64,000 bases of DNA from Ochotona princeps (Eukaryota), in NCBI RefSeq assembly GCF_030435755.1, contig NC_080843.1, positions 68,862,485 to 68,926,484 on the forward strand, read 5' to 3'. The translations under genes and the position numbers were made by a program. Positions 12,626-24,312 of the stretch are shown in pieces. Every line of letters begins with the position of its first letter. Position 1 is the stretch's first letter. A model generated the notes under the pieces. The model worked only from the letters and a program-made list of their open reading frames with translations, ran no database searches and had not been told where the DNA came from.

Positions 12626-13292
12626 CCAGACACATGATCCTGGAGCTGGATGGAGAGGAGAGCAGGCAGGAGTTGATCTGGAATGCTGGTGTCTAAAAGG
12701 GTGGCTTAGCCAGCTATGCTACGGCTGTGTCCCCTTTTGTATTCTCTCATGGCACTGATGTTTTGGAAAAGACCCAGCGAATTGTAGGACGCATCACATT
12801 CTGGGAATTTTCGAGAAGAATACTTCAAAATTAAAAAAAAAAAAAAGATTCACAGTTATCGATCAGTTTTATGCTGGATCTGTTCATGACCGTTCTGGGG
12901 AGTTCGTGTGTGGCGCCGAGGCCAGCTGTGTGACGAGGCTGGCAGCGGTGTCCGTGGGCATGAGCTGGTGTCCAGGACGCGCTGAAAGCGCCTGAGCCTC
13001 CTTCCGGGGAGCTGTGCGCTGCGCAGGGGACCCCTCAGCCACTGGAACCTCAGAACCCACGCCTCTCTTCTCTCTGGCTGATCCTGAACAATCAGAGGAG
13101 ATTGGCCAGGTTGCGGTGTGTGTGTGGTGACGCACTTTGTCCTAGCATGCCGAACTGAACGTGCAGGGGGGACTTCAGGAAGTTTTGGGGACATTAGAGT
13201 GAAACGATATTTGTTTTGGTGCAAAAATTTCAAATTCCCGTGTCGTTTGTGGTAACGTTTATCTTCCCTGAGTGCTATGAAGACCCCTAGAG

Positions 13293-13296
<4 letters not shown>

Positions 13297-13333
<37 letters not shown>

Positions 13334-13570
13334 CATGCGTGCCCACAGACGTGCTCTCTGCAGGCCATCTCAGCGTGTGTGTGTGTGCGCATGCGTGCCC
13401 ACAGACATGCTGCCTTGCCAGGCCATCTCAGCGTGTGTGTGTGTGCGCATGCGTGCCCACAGATATGCTCTCTGCCAGGCCGTCTCCGTGTCCCTGTGGT
13501 GACAGCGGCAGGAATGGACAGCCTTGCTCTCCGTGTCCCTGTGGTGACAGCGGCAGGAATGGACATCTGC
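13297..13570. repeat. (GT)n microsatellite plus GC-rich minisatellite (3x ~58 bp and 2x ~44 bp units)
   Basis: The sequence gtgtgtgtgtgtgcgcatgcgtgcccacaga(c/t)(a/g)tgct…ccaggccatctcagc repeats three times, then ccgtgtccctgtggtgacagcggcaggaatggaca repeats twice. This explains the artefactual 236-aa minus-strand ORF at 12856-13566. Confidence 0.8.
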
Positions 13571-13599
13571 TCGTTGCGCTTAGTGTTCTGATATAAAGA

Positions 13600-14290
13600 A
13601 GACTGTTGCTTATTTTATATTCAAAATTCTTATACTTTTTTTTTGAGATTTTTTTTTATTATTATTATCATTTTATGATACAGTTCCACAGGCTCCTGGT
13701 ATTTCCCTTATTCCTGCCCCAATTCCCGCCCCCCCAGTTCCTCTATATCATTACTATAGTACAGGTCTTCATACACAGCCATATGTCCATCATGGCGGGT
13801 ATGGACAGTGGCAGAGAGTCCAGCATCCTATTGTCAGGTATAGTGAACAGTTTCATTGTAAGTCCATCTCTGTCTTGAAGTAGAGATGCATACTGCATTG
13901 TATCCTCACATCTGGATATGATAGTCTCCATTTCACAGCTACTGTACATCCCCTTAAATGAAAAGTCATAATACAAAATCAACAATAGAAAGAAAAATAG
14001 AAATTTACAACGCCATGAAGTTAAATAACATGTTACTAGATATGACAGTCTCCATCACACAGCTACTATACATCCCCTTAAATGAAAAGCCACAAAACAA
14101 AGTGAACATCAGGGAGAAAAAAGAAATTAACAATACCATGAAGTTAAATAACATGCTACTAAATGACTGAAGAAATGAAAATCAAGAACCTTCTTGCAGA
14201 AAGTGATGCTACTGTATGATCTATGAGTCAGTGAAGAATTTAATCAGAAGAAAGTATTTTGAAGAGCTGAAACAAACTGATAACATCAAA
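13600..14290. repeat. Unclassified interspersed element with an internal 2x ~125-bp tandem duplication (13915-14165)
   Basis: The segment ttatgatacagttccacaggctcctggtatttccctta… recurs at 28466 and 63035. The two tandem units share …atgacagtctccat(c/t)(a/t)cacagctact(a/g)tacatccccttaaatgaaaag…ccatgaagttaaataacatg(c/t)tacta. Confidence 0.45.
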
Positions 14291-16632
14291 ACCCATGCGA
14301 TATAGTTTCCGCTGATTTTTGTTGGTGAAATGTGTCTCTTCTAGACAACAAATAGATGGGTTTTATTTTTTAATCCAGTCTACTAATCTATGACGTTTGA
14401 TTGAGCTTAAGCCATTTACATTCAGGGTTAATATGTATGGGTGGTACTTTGGTCCTGGCATTTTAGGAATGGGTTGTTCACTGGTTTAGTCCTCTCTTGT
14501 CATTTTACTGGGATGTTCTTCACATTTGCCTTTGGGTTTGGTAGGTGCTATTCCTCTTCTCTGTCAAGAGAACATCTTGAAGTATCATTTGTAGGACTGG
14601 TTTAGAAGAGGCAAATTCTTTTAATTTTTCTTTGCTGTTGAAGAATTTTGTTTCTTTTTCAAAGACAAAAGAAAGCTTTGCTGGGTACGTTATTCTGGGC
14701 CCACAATTTTTTTCTTTTAGAATCTGGAATATGTCACTCTTCTTGCCTGTAGAGTTTCCTGTGAGAGATCTCCTGTGAGTTTAATTGGCATTCCTTTATA
14801 TGTCAATTGATTCTTTTCACGTGCACATTTAAGGATCTTTTCCTTATGTTCAATTGAAGAGAGCTTAATGATCATGTGTCGTGGTGAAGATCGCTTTTGG
14901 TCAAGCCTGTTGGGAGTTCTGTGCCCTTCCTGGATCTTGTTTCCCAATTCTTTCTCTAGAGTAGGGAAAATTTCCCTTATTATTTCATCAAATACATTTG
15001 TAGAAGACAACCCAGTTTCTCTTTCTGAACCTTCTGGGACTCCCATAACTCTTTAATTAGACCTTTTAATAGTGTCTTTCAATTCTTGAAAACTTTTTTT
15101 GCCCTTATCCAGCTCTGCTTCCAGCTTGTTGTTCGCTTTCCTCTGATGAAAGGAAATATTTTCCAATTCTGAGATTCTTTCTTCTGCTTGCTTCATTCTG
15201 TTTTGGAGACTCTCCACTGTACTTTTAATTTGCTCTACTGTGTTCTTAATTTCTGATATATCAGCCTTGATTTGCTTTATTGCTGCTATTGTTTGTGTAA
15301 AATATTCCTTAAATTCTTTGAACTCTTGTATTTGTTTCTCATCGTTGATCAAAGCTTTAAAATTAGTTTTCTGAATTCTGCGTCCCCCATTTTCTCGATG
15401 TTTTCCTCAGTTAACTCTGAGGTTGGCATAGGGTTTTGTTCCTTTTCAGGGGAGTTTTCAGTAATATTCATTGTGTCTCTGTCTCTTCTTTTGCTCTTGG
15501 TCACTGTACTTGTGGTTAGCCGAGTCTTCTCCTTGGGGCAGGTTTCTAAGCTGTGTCACCCACAGGTCTACAGTTAGATTTTACTTACTGCAGTTGGTAC
15601 ATGGTTCTTTGTCTGCAGTCAGTTGTGCCACTCCCTCCAGTGAGTTCCAGGTCTGGGTTCTTAAGTTAGATTTCTACCAAGAACTCTGTAGCCCCAGCTC
15701 CTGGCTCACCACTCTCCACCTCCTGTGATACGGTGCTGAGGCTGCACCATTGTCTGTACAGCCTTTCTCCCACTTCCGGTTGGAGCAGTTCCCAGGATTA
15801 GGGAGAGACCAGGTGTCCTATATAGCTAGGCTGTTGGTGGTGCTGATCTTGTCGGAACCTGTTGGATGTTAGGTCTGGGTGCCACACGGACCCGTACAAT
15901 GCCACAGTCGGTATTATTTTCCTTTGGGACCAGTGCAATCCAAGGAACTCAGTGAGTTCTTGCGAGCTCAGCACATGTGCAGTTCACTGTTGTTCCCTGC
16001 AGTCCTAAAGCTTTTGCTACAGTGTACACAATGGTGCCTGCTATATCACTATTAGAGTTCTTGATCTGCTGGCCATCAGGTCTGAAGGCTACCCAGACCT
16101 GTCTTGGGTGGTACCTGTAGAATGCCACGTTGATGCAGTTCACTGAGTCAGAAATGAGCTCACTCCCAGCTCAGCGCATGCTCAGTCCTTTCCCTTGCCT
16201 TTGCCTCCTTAAGCAAAATGGCGCCCAATTCAGCTCTAGGGGGCTGACTGGGCTGTGAAATCCACCCTGTTCTCACACTGCCCATCTGGGATCTGCTGCT
16301 CTGTCTCCGCTCCTGGTCAAATCAAACGGACCTGCCGGACAGACAGTTCTTTGTCTGGGTTCACCTCCCAAGCTCCTTGTGAAAGTCCCTTCCCACCTGG
16401 TTGCTGGTGGAGTTCAGATCGCTGTTTGCTGAATGCCGCTGGAGTATCAGTCACTGCAACACCACACCATTGTGTCCGCTGCTTTCCTGTGTCTGTCAGT
16501 CTCCAGGTACCCCTCTGCTGTTGTTCTGTCCCTTCCTGTTTCCTGGAATGTGTCCTCTCTGCTTCATCCTGATTAAATGTTTCTCAGTCTGTTTAAACAT
16601 GTCCTTACCCTATTCCGCCATCTTGATTCTCC
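14290..16632 (-). mobile_element. LINE-1 5' portion (5'UTR, disrupted ORF1, start of ORF2) in a CENPJ intron
   Basis: Two minus-strand ORFs encode the L1 ORF1p coiled-coil (…IKNTVEQIKSTVESLQNRMKQAEERISELE… at 15053-15352) and the ORF1p RRM/C-terminal domain (…HMIIKLSSIEHKEKILKCAREKNQLTYKGMPIKLTGDLSQETLQARR at 14717-15046). The ORF2 start (…YHPYILTLNVNGLSSIKRHRLVDWIK…) lies at about 14300-14480. The 5' terminus ggagaatcaagatggcggaatag (reverse complement of 16611-16632) resembles the canonical L1 5' start. Confidence 0.8.
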
Positions 16633-16655
16633 TAAAATTCTCTCTTCTACTTTAG

Positions 16656-16740
16656 AACCCATCTGTTCGATTTCAGAAGAGTCATATTCCTCCTGGAACC
16701 CACGTAGAGAAACCCAAGAAAACCTACTTGCCAACACAAG
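16656..16740 (+). CDS. CENPJ: CENPJ coding exon
   Basis: Acceptor tctcttctactttag|AAC and donor CAAG|gtaaga. Translates to NPSVRFQKSHIPPGTHVEKPKKTYLPTQ(G) and ends in phase 1. An L1 5' terminus lies 23 nt upstream. Confidence 0.8.
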
Positions 16741-16823
16741 GTAAGAGGCTGTATGATCTTTTGTTGTAAATCCTTTCAGATTATGAAGAATGGCAAATTT
16801 ATACTTAATTTAAGAAACCTTGT

Positions 16824-17110
16824 GGGCCTGGTGCGGTAGCCTAGTGGCTGAAGTCCTCACCTTACATGCACCGGGATCCCATATGGGTACAGATTCATGT
16901 TCTGGTGGCCCAGCTTCCCATCCAACTGCCTGCCTGTGGCCTGGGAAAGCAGTTGAAGATGGCCCAAAGCCTTAGGACCCTGTACCCAAGTGGGAGACCT
17001 GGAAGAGACTCTGGGTTCCTGGCTTCACATTGGCTCAGCTCCAGACACTGTGACCACTTGGGGAGTGAACCACTGGATGGATTGTCTGTCCCTCTTCTCT
17101 CTATACATAC
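16824..17110 (+). mobile_element. C repeat SINE (3'-truncated)
   Basis: It reads gggcctggtgcggtagcctagtggctgaagtcctcaccttacatgcaccgggatcccatatgggt…. Confidence 0.85.
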
Positions 17111-17857
17111 AGGGGCCACCCCTTGCCTCCGCCGGGTGCGGGCGATAGTTTTTCACCGTCTGCAGAACACTTCTTGCACCTTCTGGTTATATGAATATGT
17201 TGTGAATTAAATGTGCAATAGCGGTTCAGTATAGTTTTTTTTTTTTCCCCCTAATTAAATTTCTGTTTCATTTGAGAGGCAACGAGACTTAGCCAGCCCC
17301 CCATCTGCTGGCTCACTCCTGAAATGCCGGCAGCAGGCTGGGCTGGCTTGAACCCCCAGGCCTGAAGCTCTGTCTGCCGTCCCAGGTGGATGGCTGCTGA
17401 CCCCTGCCCCTCCCAGGGCCAGAGCCCTTGGGCCCCGGGATCCGCTGCTGCTCCCCGGGACCCTGGGACGGGCTGCGGGGATCCCCCACAGTGGGTTCAC
17501 TGCTTTGTCTAGTGCCCATTCCTGGTTTTTCTTTTCTGACATGGAATGTATTGATTTTTTTGAAAATGTGGGGTTTTTTTATGACGTGGAGAAATTCCTC
17601 CTAATCTCATTGTTTTCTTCTATGAAATTTTGTTTTCGCCAATGTTTTTAATCTACTTAGAAATTTTTAAGATTGTTTCATGAATTTTTAAAAATGTGTG
17701 TAACATGTGAACATATGCCATCTGACGATTACAAAGCCCAACAGTCGGGTGACCGCCACTGAGGTGAAAAACTAGATGGTTGGGGGCTGGTGCTGTGGCA
17801 TAGTGGGTAAAGCTGCTACTGTGGTACCATCATGTATTGAGTCCTGGCTCCTCCATT

Positions 17858-18176
17858 TTTTTTTTTTTTAAGATTTACTTTATTTTTATTGGAAAATCAT
17901 GTACAGAGAGAAGGATCTGCCATCTGCTGTTTCACTCCCCAAGTGAGCGCAATGGCCAGAGCTAAGCCAATCTAAAGCCCGGAGCCAGGAGCTTCTTGAG
18001 AGCCTCCCATGCAGTTGCAGGGTTCCAAGGCTTTGGGCTGTCTTTGACTGCTTTCCCAGGCCTCAGGAAGGGAGCTGGATGGTAAGTGGAGCAGTCAGGA
18101 CACGAACTAGCGTCCATATGGGATCCCGGAACATGCAAGGCGAGGACTTCAGCCAGTAGGCTACTGCACGAGGCCC
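17858..18176 (-). mobile_element. C repeat SINE (minus)
   Basis: It begins (T)n aagatttactttatttttattgg…ctgccatctgctgtttcactccccaagtgagcgcaatggcc… and ends …ggcgaggacttcagccagtaggctactgcacgaggccc. Confidence 0.85.
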
Positions 18177-18605
18177 ATGGCTGCTCCACTTCTGACCTAG
18201 CTTCTTGCTAATGCACCTGGACAAACAGTGGAAGATGGCCCAAGTGCCTGACCTCCTGCACCGAGTGGGAGACCCAGTGAGACCCAGGCTCCTGACCTCT
18301 GACTGGCCCATCTCTGGTCATTGTGACCATCTGGAGAAGTGAAATAGCAGGTGGAAGATCTCTAACTCTCCCTCTGTAACTCTGTCTTTCAAGTCAATAA
18401 ATAAATACATCTTAAATAAAGAGGCCTAGTGTCTCCCATGCGCTTGTAAGGGCCAAGTCCTTGGGCCATCCTCCGCTGCTTTCTTAGGCGTGTTAGCAGG
18501 AAGCTGGATTGGAAGTGGAGCAGTTGGGACTTGAACCAATGACCATGTGGGCTCCCCAACTTGCAGATAGCGGCTTTCCCCACTGTACCACAACACTGGC
18601 TCTAA
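18177..18605. mobile_element. Two abutting partial C-repeat copies (+ then -)
   Basis: The stretch 18180-18425 is a plus-strand body and tail (…gggagacccagtgagacccagg…aataaataaatacatc). The stretch 18425-18605 is a minus-strand fragment (…ggccatcctccgctgctttc…). Confidence 0.55.
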
Positions 18606-19673
18606 ATACCCAGCTGGTTTGTTGTTCTAGTTGTGTGTCTGCTGCACTGCAGGGAGTGAGCGACCCCAGGAGTCAGCCCACACTCCTGGCCCTGATGGTG
18701 CCCAGGGGGCGGATAGTCAGCTGTCCGCTCATCCCCAGCCTGAATGTGAAACCCAGTAGAGTTTGGGTTCTGGTTCTGCCTCTGTCCGTGACTGCCTTGG
18801 TTGTCTCCCTGCAGCGTGGCAATGTTACTCTCTCCTCTGCTGCGCGTAGCACTGAGGTGGAGGCAGGTGGGCTCCCGTGCTGTCCACGGAGCGCCTTGGC
18901 CACTGAATCCTTTCGTGCTCCGCCCACGGGCTCAGACTCAAACCCAGGTTCCTGTTGGCTGCTTTCTTTTTTCGCCTGCAGTCCCCGCAGTCCCTGTGCT
19001 GGTCCTTCCGAAGGCTATATTTTCCAAATTCCTCATAGCTTGTGCCGTGCCCTGGGGAACTGCCGATACTTGGCACTTGGGACCGTCCCCCGGGGATGCT
19101 GAGTGGTGTGGACAGCACTGTGTCTGTCTCGGTGTCCCTGGTGCCCCTGGGCCACCTAGCAGGTGTCACAGCCTGCAGGCCCGGCTTGTCTCTGCTGTTC
19201 CCCAGGCCAGGCTGTGAACTCAGCATCCGGTACACTTCCAGAGATTGAGCTCATTGTAGTTAGTGTGTGCCCGCTGTGTAATATCTCACTGAGGCTGCAC
19301 GGAGCTGGTGTGCTGCTCCCGGCCTACAGGTGGGGCATTCAGCCAGGAGTTTGGTGAGGGCACCATGTTTTCAGCTGCCCTGTGCCACACCCTTTGCAGT
19401 GCTGTGAGCGTCCGTAGGACACCCTTGCAGTTGCTAGGCTTGCCTCCTCCCGCACACTTCCAGCCCTCTGAGGTTAGACAGTGTCTGTCACAGGCCCCCC
19501 AGTCTGTGCAGATCTGAATGTGTGCAGATTAGCACAGAGCAATGGTCAAGACTTCTTCATAGACAGCAGGCCATGCAAGGCGGGTACGAACTAAGGGCAT
19601 GTTTGGCTATACCAGTAACCGTAACGTTCCCAATTAAATATTGAAACTAACTCTGACAATTTTAATCTTACAG

Positions 19674-19738
19674 GAAATCCATCTCGAGAGTCCAAGGTTG
19701 TACTTCCTCGCGAATTAAGCAGTTCAGATAAGAGACAA
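19674..19738 (+). CDS. CENPJ: CENPJ coding exon
   Basis: Acceptor ttttaatcttacag|GA and donor CAA|gtaaat. The phase-1 entry gives GNPSRESKVVLPRELSSSDKRQ. Confidence 0.78.
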
Positions 19739-19932
19739 GTAAATCTGTTTCTGTTTTTCTATATGCAAACATGGATGGCTCAGACTGAAGAGCTCAGGCC
19801 ACTAAACCTGTGTAAAGGAGGCTTCTTACTTACACTGTAAACATTTCATGTGTGACACCAGCACCTGTACTGCGTGTCGAACTCTGTCCCGTTGGACCAT
19901 GGCTTGACGGCCCCTTGTGTGTTTTCTTATAG

Positions 19933-20055
19933 AGGGCCTCTCCCAGAGAGCAAGTCGAGCCAGCGGACTTCCCAGAGTCTCACAATAAGGAAAACAAGGA
20001 CGACAATGAGGATGAAGAAGAAATCGAAACAGCCATCAGTCATCCTGATGGGAAG
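19933..20055 (+). CDS. CENPJ: CENPJ coding exon (acidic stretch preceding the G-box)
   Basis: Acceptor ttttcttatag|AGG and donor AAG|gttagg. Translates to RASPREQVEPADFPESHNKENKDDNEDEEEIETAISHPDGK. Confidence 0.8.
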
Positions 20056-20730
20056 GTTAGGAAGCTCAGTAGAGTAGCGGATGTGCAGGACTGCTGACGG
20101 TGGCTTGGGAGTGGAGGCCCTGAGCTCTCACAGCAGCACAGTGTGCTTCCGCTGAGTTCTTGCAAGAAGCCCCTGTCATCCTCACCACGGTGGCCTGTCC
20201 TGTGTCCCTCCTGGCCAGTCGCTATATTTCTTCCTGGCCTGCGATTTTATTCCCCTTCCTTAGGGCAGGTGGCGAAGGAGAAAATTTGGTTGGCTTTTGT
20301 TGCTAGAGGGACTAAAAAGAGACAGGATGTTGTTGGGAGGTGCTGAAGGACTTTTCCTTAGGTTTCTGGAAAAAAAAATTTCTTTTGCTTCAAATATCCT
20401 AAATGGATGCATTTTTATTGAAATTCTGGGGCAAAGATCCCTGCTAACTTGGAGCACTGAGACAGCAGCAGCCCGGAGGGAGCCGGTGGACTTCCCCCGC
20501 CCGTGCAGGGCTGGCCTGGGGAGCAGCCTGGGCTCACACAGGGGTCGCGGAGCAAAGTTTCTTTTTTTTTTTAGGTAAATTCTACCTAACAAATGGAAAA
20601 GGAATGAGAAAGTTACAAAATGGGATTTGCAGCCCCCTCGTGAGCTTTCAGAGACTGAAAGTAAAACGGGAACATGTCCTGCTTGGATGGCTTCAGGACA
20701 CGGAACCTATCCGGCATCTTGTGTCTTTAG

Positions 20731-20868
20731 GTGGAAAAGGTTTATAAGAACGGGTGCCGCGTTACCCTGTTTCCCAACGGAACTCGGAAGGAAGTCAGTG
20801 CCGACAGGACCGTCACCGTCACTTTCTTCAACGGTGACGTGAAGCAGGTCATGCCGGATGAGAGAGTG
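20731..20868 (+). CDS. CENPJ: CENPJ G-box (TCP/T-complex 10 C-terminal domain) exon
   Basis: Acceptor gtgtctttag|GTG and donor GTG|gtgagt. Translates to [46 protein letters not shown], the strongly conserved CPAP G-box repeats. Confidence 0.9.
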
Positions 20869-20933
20869 GTGAGTGGCCCCGGGGCCCGGGCGGGGGGCCG
20901 CGGCGGGGAAGGGGCTGACTCTGTGCCTTGCAG

Positions 20934-21018
20934 GTGTACTACTACGCCGCTGCCCAGACCACTCACACCACCTACCCGGAAGGCCTGCAGGTCCTGCACT
21001 TCTCCAGTGGACAGATAG
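20934..21018 (+). CDS. CENPJ: CENPJ G-box exon
   Basis: It follows a 65-nt GC-rich intron. Acceptor ctgtgccttgcag|GTG and donor ATAG|gtgtgc. Translates to [28 protein letters not shown](E). Confidence 0.88.
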
Positions 21019-21112
21019 GTGTGCACCTGCTCGGCGCCCGCTCCCCCCTTACCACGTTTTTTTTTCCTTCCCTAAAAAAATAATTAGAGTCACCTTTTTT
21101 TTTTTTTTTTAA

Positions 21113-21262
<150 letters not shown>

Positions 21263-21674
21263 TAGAATTTTTCCAGTTTTCATGGGGCAAGCTTTATGAC
21301 CAATTGGATTGTTTTCAAAAAAATGAAAGCATTCCTATTATTCTCGTTCAAAATTTCAGTGAGTTTTGAAGTGAACAAACACCTTTGAAGTGAAACTGTT
21401 GGCATTTTGGAGTTTAGAATCAGATTTGCAGATTTCGAAGGACTTCCAAAAGTTCATGGAACTTAGTTCTCTCAGTTCTGTTTCCCGCAGACTGACGCCC
21501 CTCGGATCTCCGCACCGGGAAGCTCCCGAGGCGCGCACGCAGCAGCCGGGACGGACACGAGCCAGTGTTCCTTTAGAGATGTTTGAAATTTGGAAACAGT
21601 TAAGACAGAAAGAAGGCAGACCGCCACTTGAGGCTTCTTGTTTTGTAAAAGCGGCATCAATTTATTTATAATCG

Positions 21675-21972
21675 ATTTCTTTTTGAGAGGCAGATTTACA
21701 GAGAGAGGAGGAGACACAGGGATTTTGCGCCTGCTGGTTCACTCCCCAAATGGCTGCAGTGGTCACAGCTAAGTCAGTCTGAAGCCAGGAGCTTCTTTCA
21801 GGTCTTCCATTTGGGTTCAGGGGACCAAGGATTTGAGCCATCCGTCCTGCTGCTTTGCTAGGCTGTAAATAGGGAGCTGGATTGGAAGTGGAACAGCTAG
21901 GACTTGAACCAGCGCCTATGTGAGGTGCTACTCAAGCAGAGGATTAGTTTGCTAAGCCACAGTGCTGGCCCC
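21675..21972 (-). mobile_element. C repeat SINE (minus)
   Basis: It reads …gcctgctggttcactccccaaatggctgcagtgg…agccacagtgctggccc. Confidence 0.75.
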
Positions 21973-22241
21973 AAAAGATGTACTTATTTATTTGAAAGGG
22001 AGGGTTACAGAAGGAGAGAGAGAACCACCCTGCTGGTTCTTAACGATGAGCAACAGAGGTGGCAGGGGTTAAATTAGACCACATCTCTTCCTTATTTTGA
22101 ATGTTTGGACCTCTGTCCCCAGCCAGCAAGTGCTTTACTCTGCTCCTGATCCAGTTTCTTAAAAATCAACCACCCTTTTCATTTTCTTGAGTGTTAAGAG
22201 TTCTTCAGTCCACGATAAGGAGCTTTTCAAGCCATTTTTTA

Positions 22242-22556
22242 GGGCTCAGCACAGCAGCCTAGTGGCTCAAGTCCTCACCTTGCACACACTGGGATCCCAT
22301 ATGGGCGCCGGTTCTAATCCCGGAAGCCCTGCTTCCCATCCAGCTCCCTGCTTGTGTCCTGGAAAAGCAGTCGAGGATGGTCCAAAGCACCTGTGTGGGA
22401 CCCTGCACCTGTGTGGGAGACCCACAAGAGTCTCCTGGCTCCTGCCTTTGGCTCGGCTCAGCTCCGGCCATTGTAGCCACTTGGGGAGTGAATCAGCGGA
22501 CGGAAGATCTTTATCTCCTCTCTGTAAATGTGACTTTCCAATAAAAAGTAAATCTT
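22242..22556 (+). mobile_element. C repeat SINE
   Basis: It reads gctcagcacagcagcctagtggctcaagtcctcaccttgcacacactgggatcccatatgggcgccggttctaatcccgg…ccaataaaaagtaaatc. Confidence 0.85.
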
Positions 22557-22728
22557 CAGTCATGTTTTAGGAACCTTTGGTGAACTTTGCTCATCATCTG
22601 GCCTGTTTTCACCTTGCTCACCTAGTGGCAGTTGAGTACTCGTTAACTTCAGTGTGGCTCACATGGTCTACATGAACTTAGTGAACCTGAAATCTATGAT
22701 GTCAATCTGGCAAAAGAAAAAATTAAGT

Positions 22729-23043
22729 GGGCCCAGTGTGATGGCTTGATTGGCTAAATCCTCACCTTGCAAGCTCTGGGCTCCCATTTGGGCACTGGTT
22801 CATGTCCCAGCTGTTCCACTTGGCAATCCATCTCCCTGCTTGTGGCCTGGGAAAGCAAAGATGGTCAAAAGCCTTGGGACCCTGCACCCATGTGGGAGCC
22901 CAGAAAGAAGCTCCTGGTTCCTGGCTTCAGATTGACTTAGCTGTGACCACTGCAGCCATTTGGGGAGTGAACCAAAAGAAGGAAGATCTTTTTGTCTGTC
23001 CTTTTCTCTGTCAGTGTTATCTGCCTTTCCAGTAAAAATCTTG
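22729..23043 (+). mobile_element. C repeat SINE
   Basis: It reads gggcccagtgtgatggcttgattggctaaatcctcaccttgcaagc…ggggagtgaaccaaaagaagg…. Confidence 0.85.
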
Positions 23044-23685
23044 AAAGAATGAGCCAAGTTAGGACAACTGTGGTCATGCGAGCGGCCTGAGTCTGCCCTG
23101 TGCTCAGCCGGTTTGAGTTCTAGTTGGAGGACAGACTGTGAGCTGCAGTTTGAGAGATTTCAGATATTTCCAAGTAATTTTACTTTTACATTTGAATTTT
23201 TCTTCTAAAACAAGAGGTAATAGTAAGGAAAGTTCCATTTACCCATGCATTTGGCTTCAGCCAGTGCTAGCTGAGGGCATGGTCTGTGTGCCCAGGCACA
23301 CTACAGTTACTGTATGTTTGCCTTCGTGGGTGCGCTGATGGCATACAGTGGTTCTGGCCGTTCAGTGTGCGTGAACTTGTGTTTAGCTGCAGCTTGCAGG
23401 CTGCCTGCCCCACTGGCACCGGAGTCTCAACTTGCACGAAGTACAGTTGTTACTTGGACAGAAAAAGCCACATGACAACAGCACGTGTGTTTCTGGAAGG
23501 GTGATTCCCAGTTAGCTCCAGCCCTGTTTCCAGACTGTTGAGAGCAGTTTGCAGGAACATCTGACTGTCCTGTAGTCATGATGAGCCAGTGCACTTAGCT
23601 TTTCTTCATTTTTTCATCTCATTGTATCGGATCAGACCTTAAGTCTGACCTGCCCTTTCCAGACACACAGCAAACACTCAGATTT

Positions 23686-24000
23686 TTTTTTTTTAAGATT
23701 TATTTTATTTTATTGGAAAGTCAGATATACATAGGGGAGGAGACAGTGAGGAAGATCTTCTGTTCATTGATTCACTCACAAAGAAGCCACAACAGCTGGA
23801 GCTGAGCCGATCTGAAGCCAGGAGCCTGGAGCTTCTTTCAGGTCTCCCATGTGGGTGCAGGGTCCCAAAGCCCTCGACTGCTTTCCCAGGCCACAAGCAG
23901 GGAGCTGGATGGGAAGCGGGGCTGCCGGGATTAGAACCAGCTCCCATATGGGATCCCGGCACGTGCACGGCTAAGGACTTTAGCCACTAGAGTCCTCAGA
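23686..24000 (-). mobile_element. C repeat SINE (minus)
   Basis: It begins (T)n aagatttattttattttattggaaagtcagatatacatagg… and ends …cggctaaggactttagccactagag. Confidence 0.85.
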
Positions 24001-24312
24001 TTGATGAAAAGGGTCAGAGTTCTAAGAGCCAGATATTAAATGATCAGTTATTTCTGGAGGCTGAACACATACATAAAAAATGAAAACCTCAACATTTGGT
24101 AGCGAGTATGTATGCACTGATTCAAGTTTTTCTTGGCACAAAGGGTTCTAGTCTAACTGGGCCTGTGAGCAGGTGGGAAAGCAGAGCGGGGAAGCTGCAG
24201 CTGTGTGGTGAAAGGACTCAGGCCAAGAAATGACTGCACGATCAAAGGCTACTTGGAGTTTTCTTGTTATATGTCTCGTATTTTTAAGGAAACAATCCTT
24301 TAAATTTCACAG

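Noticed and set aside
12856-13566. A 236-aa minus-strand ORF (MSIPAAVTTGTRR…)
   Set aside because: It is created by the (GT)n and minisatellite periodicity, including a repeated peptide RLSIPAAVTTGTRR. It is not coding.
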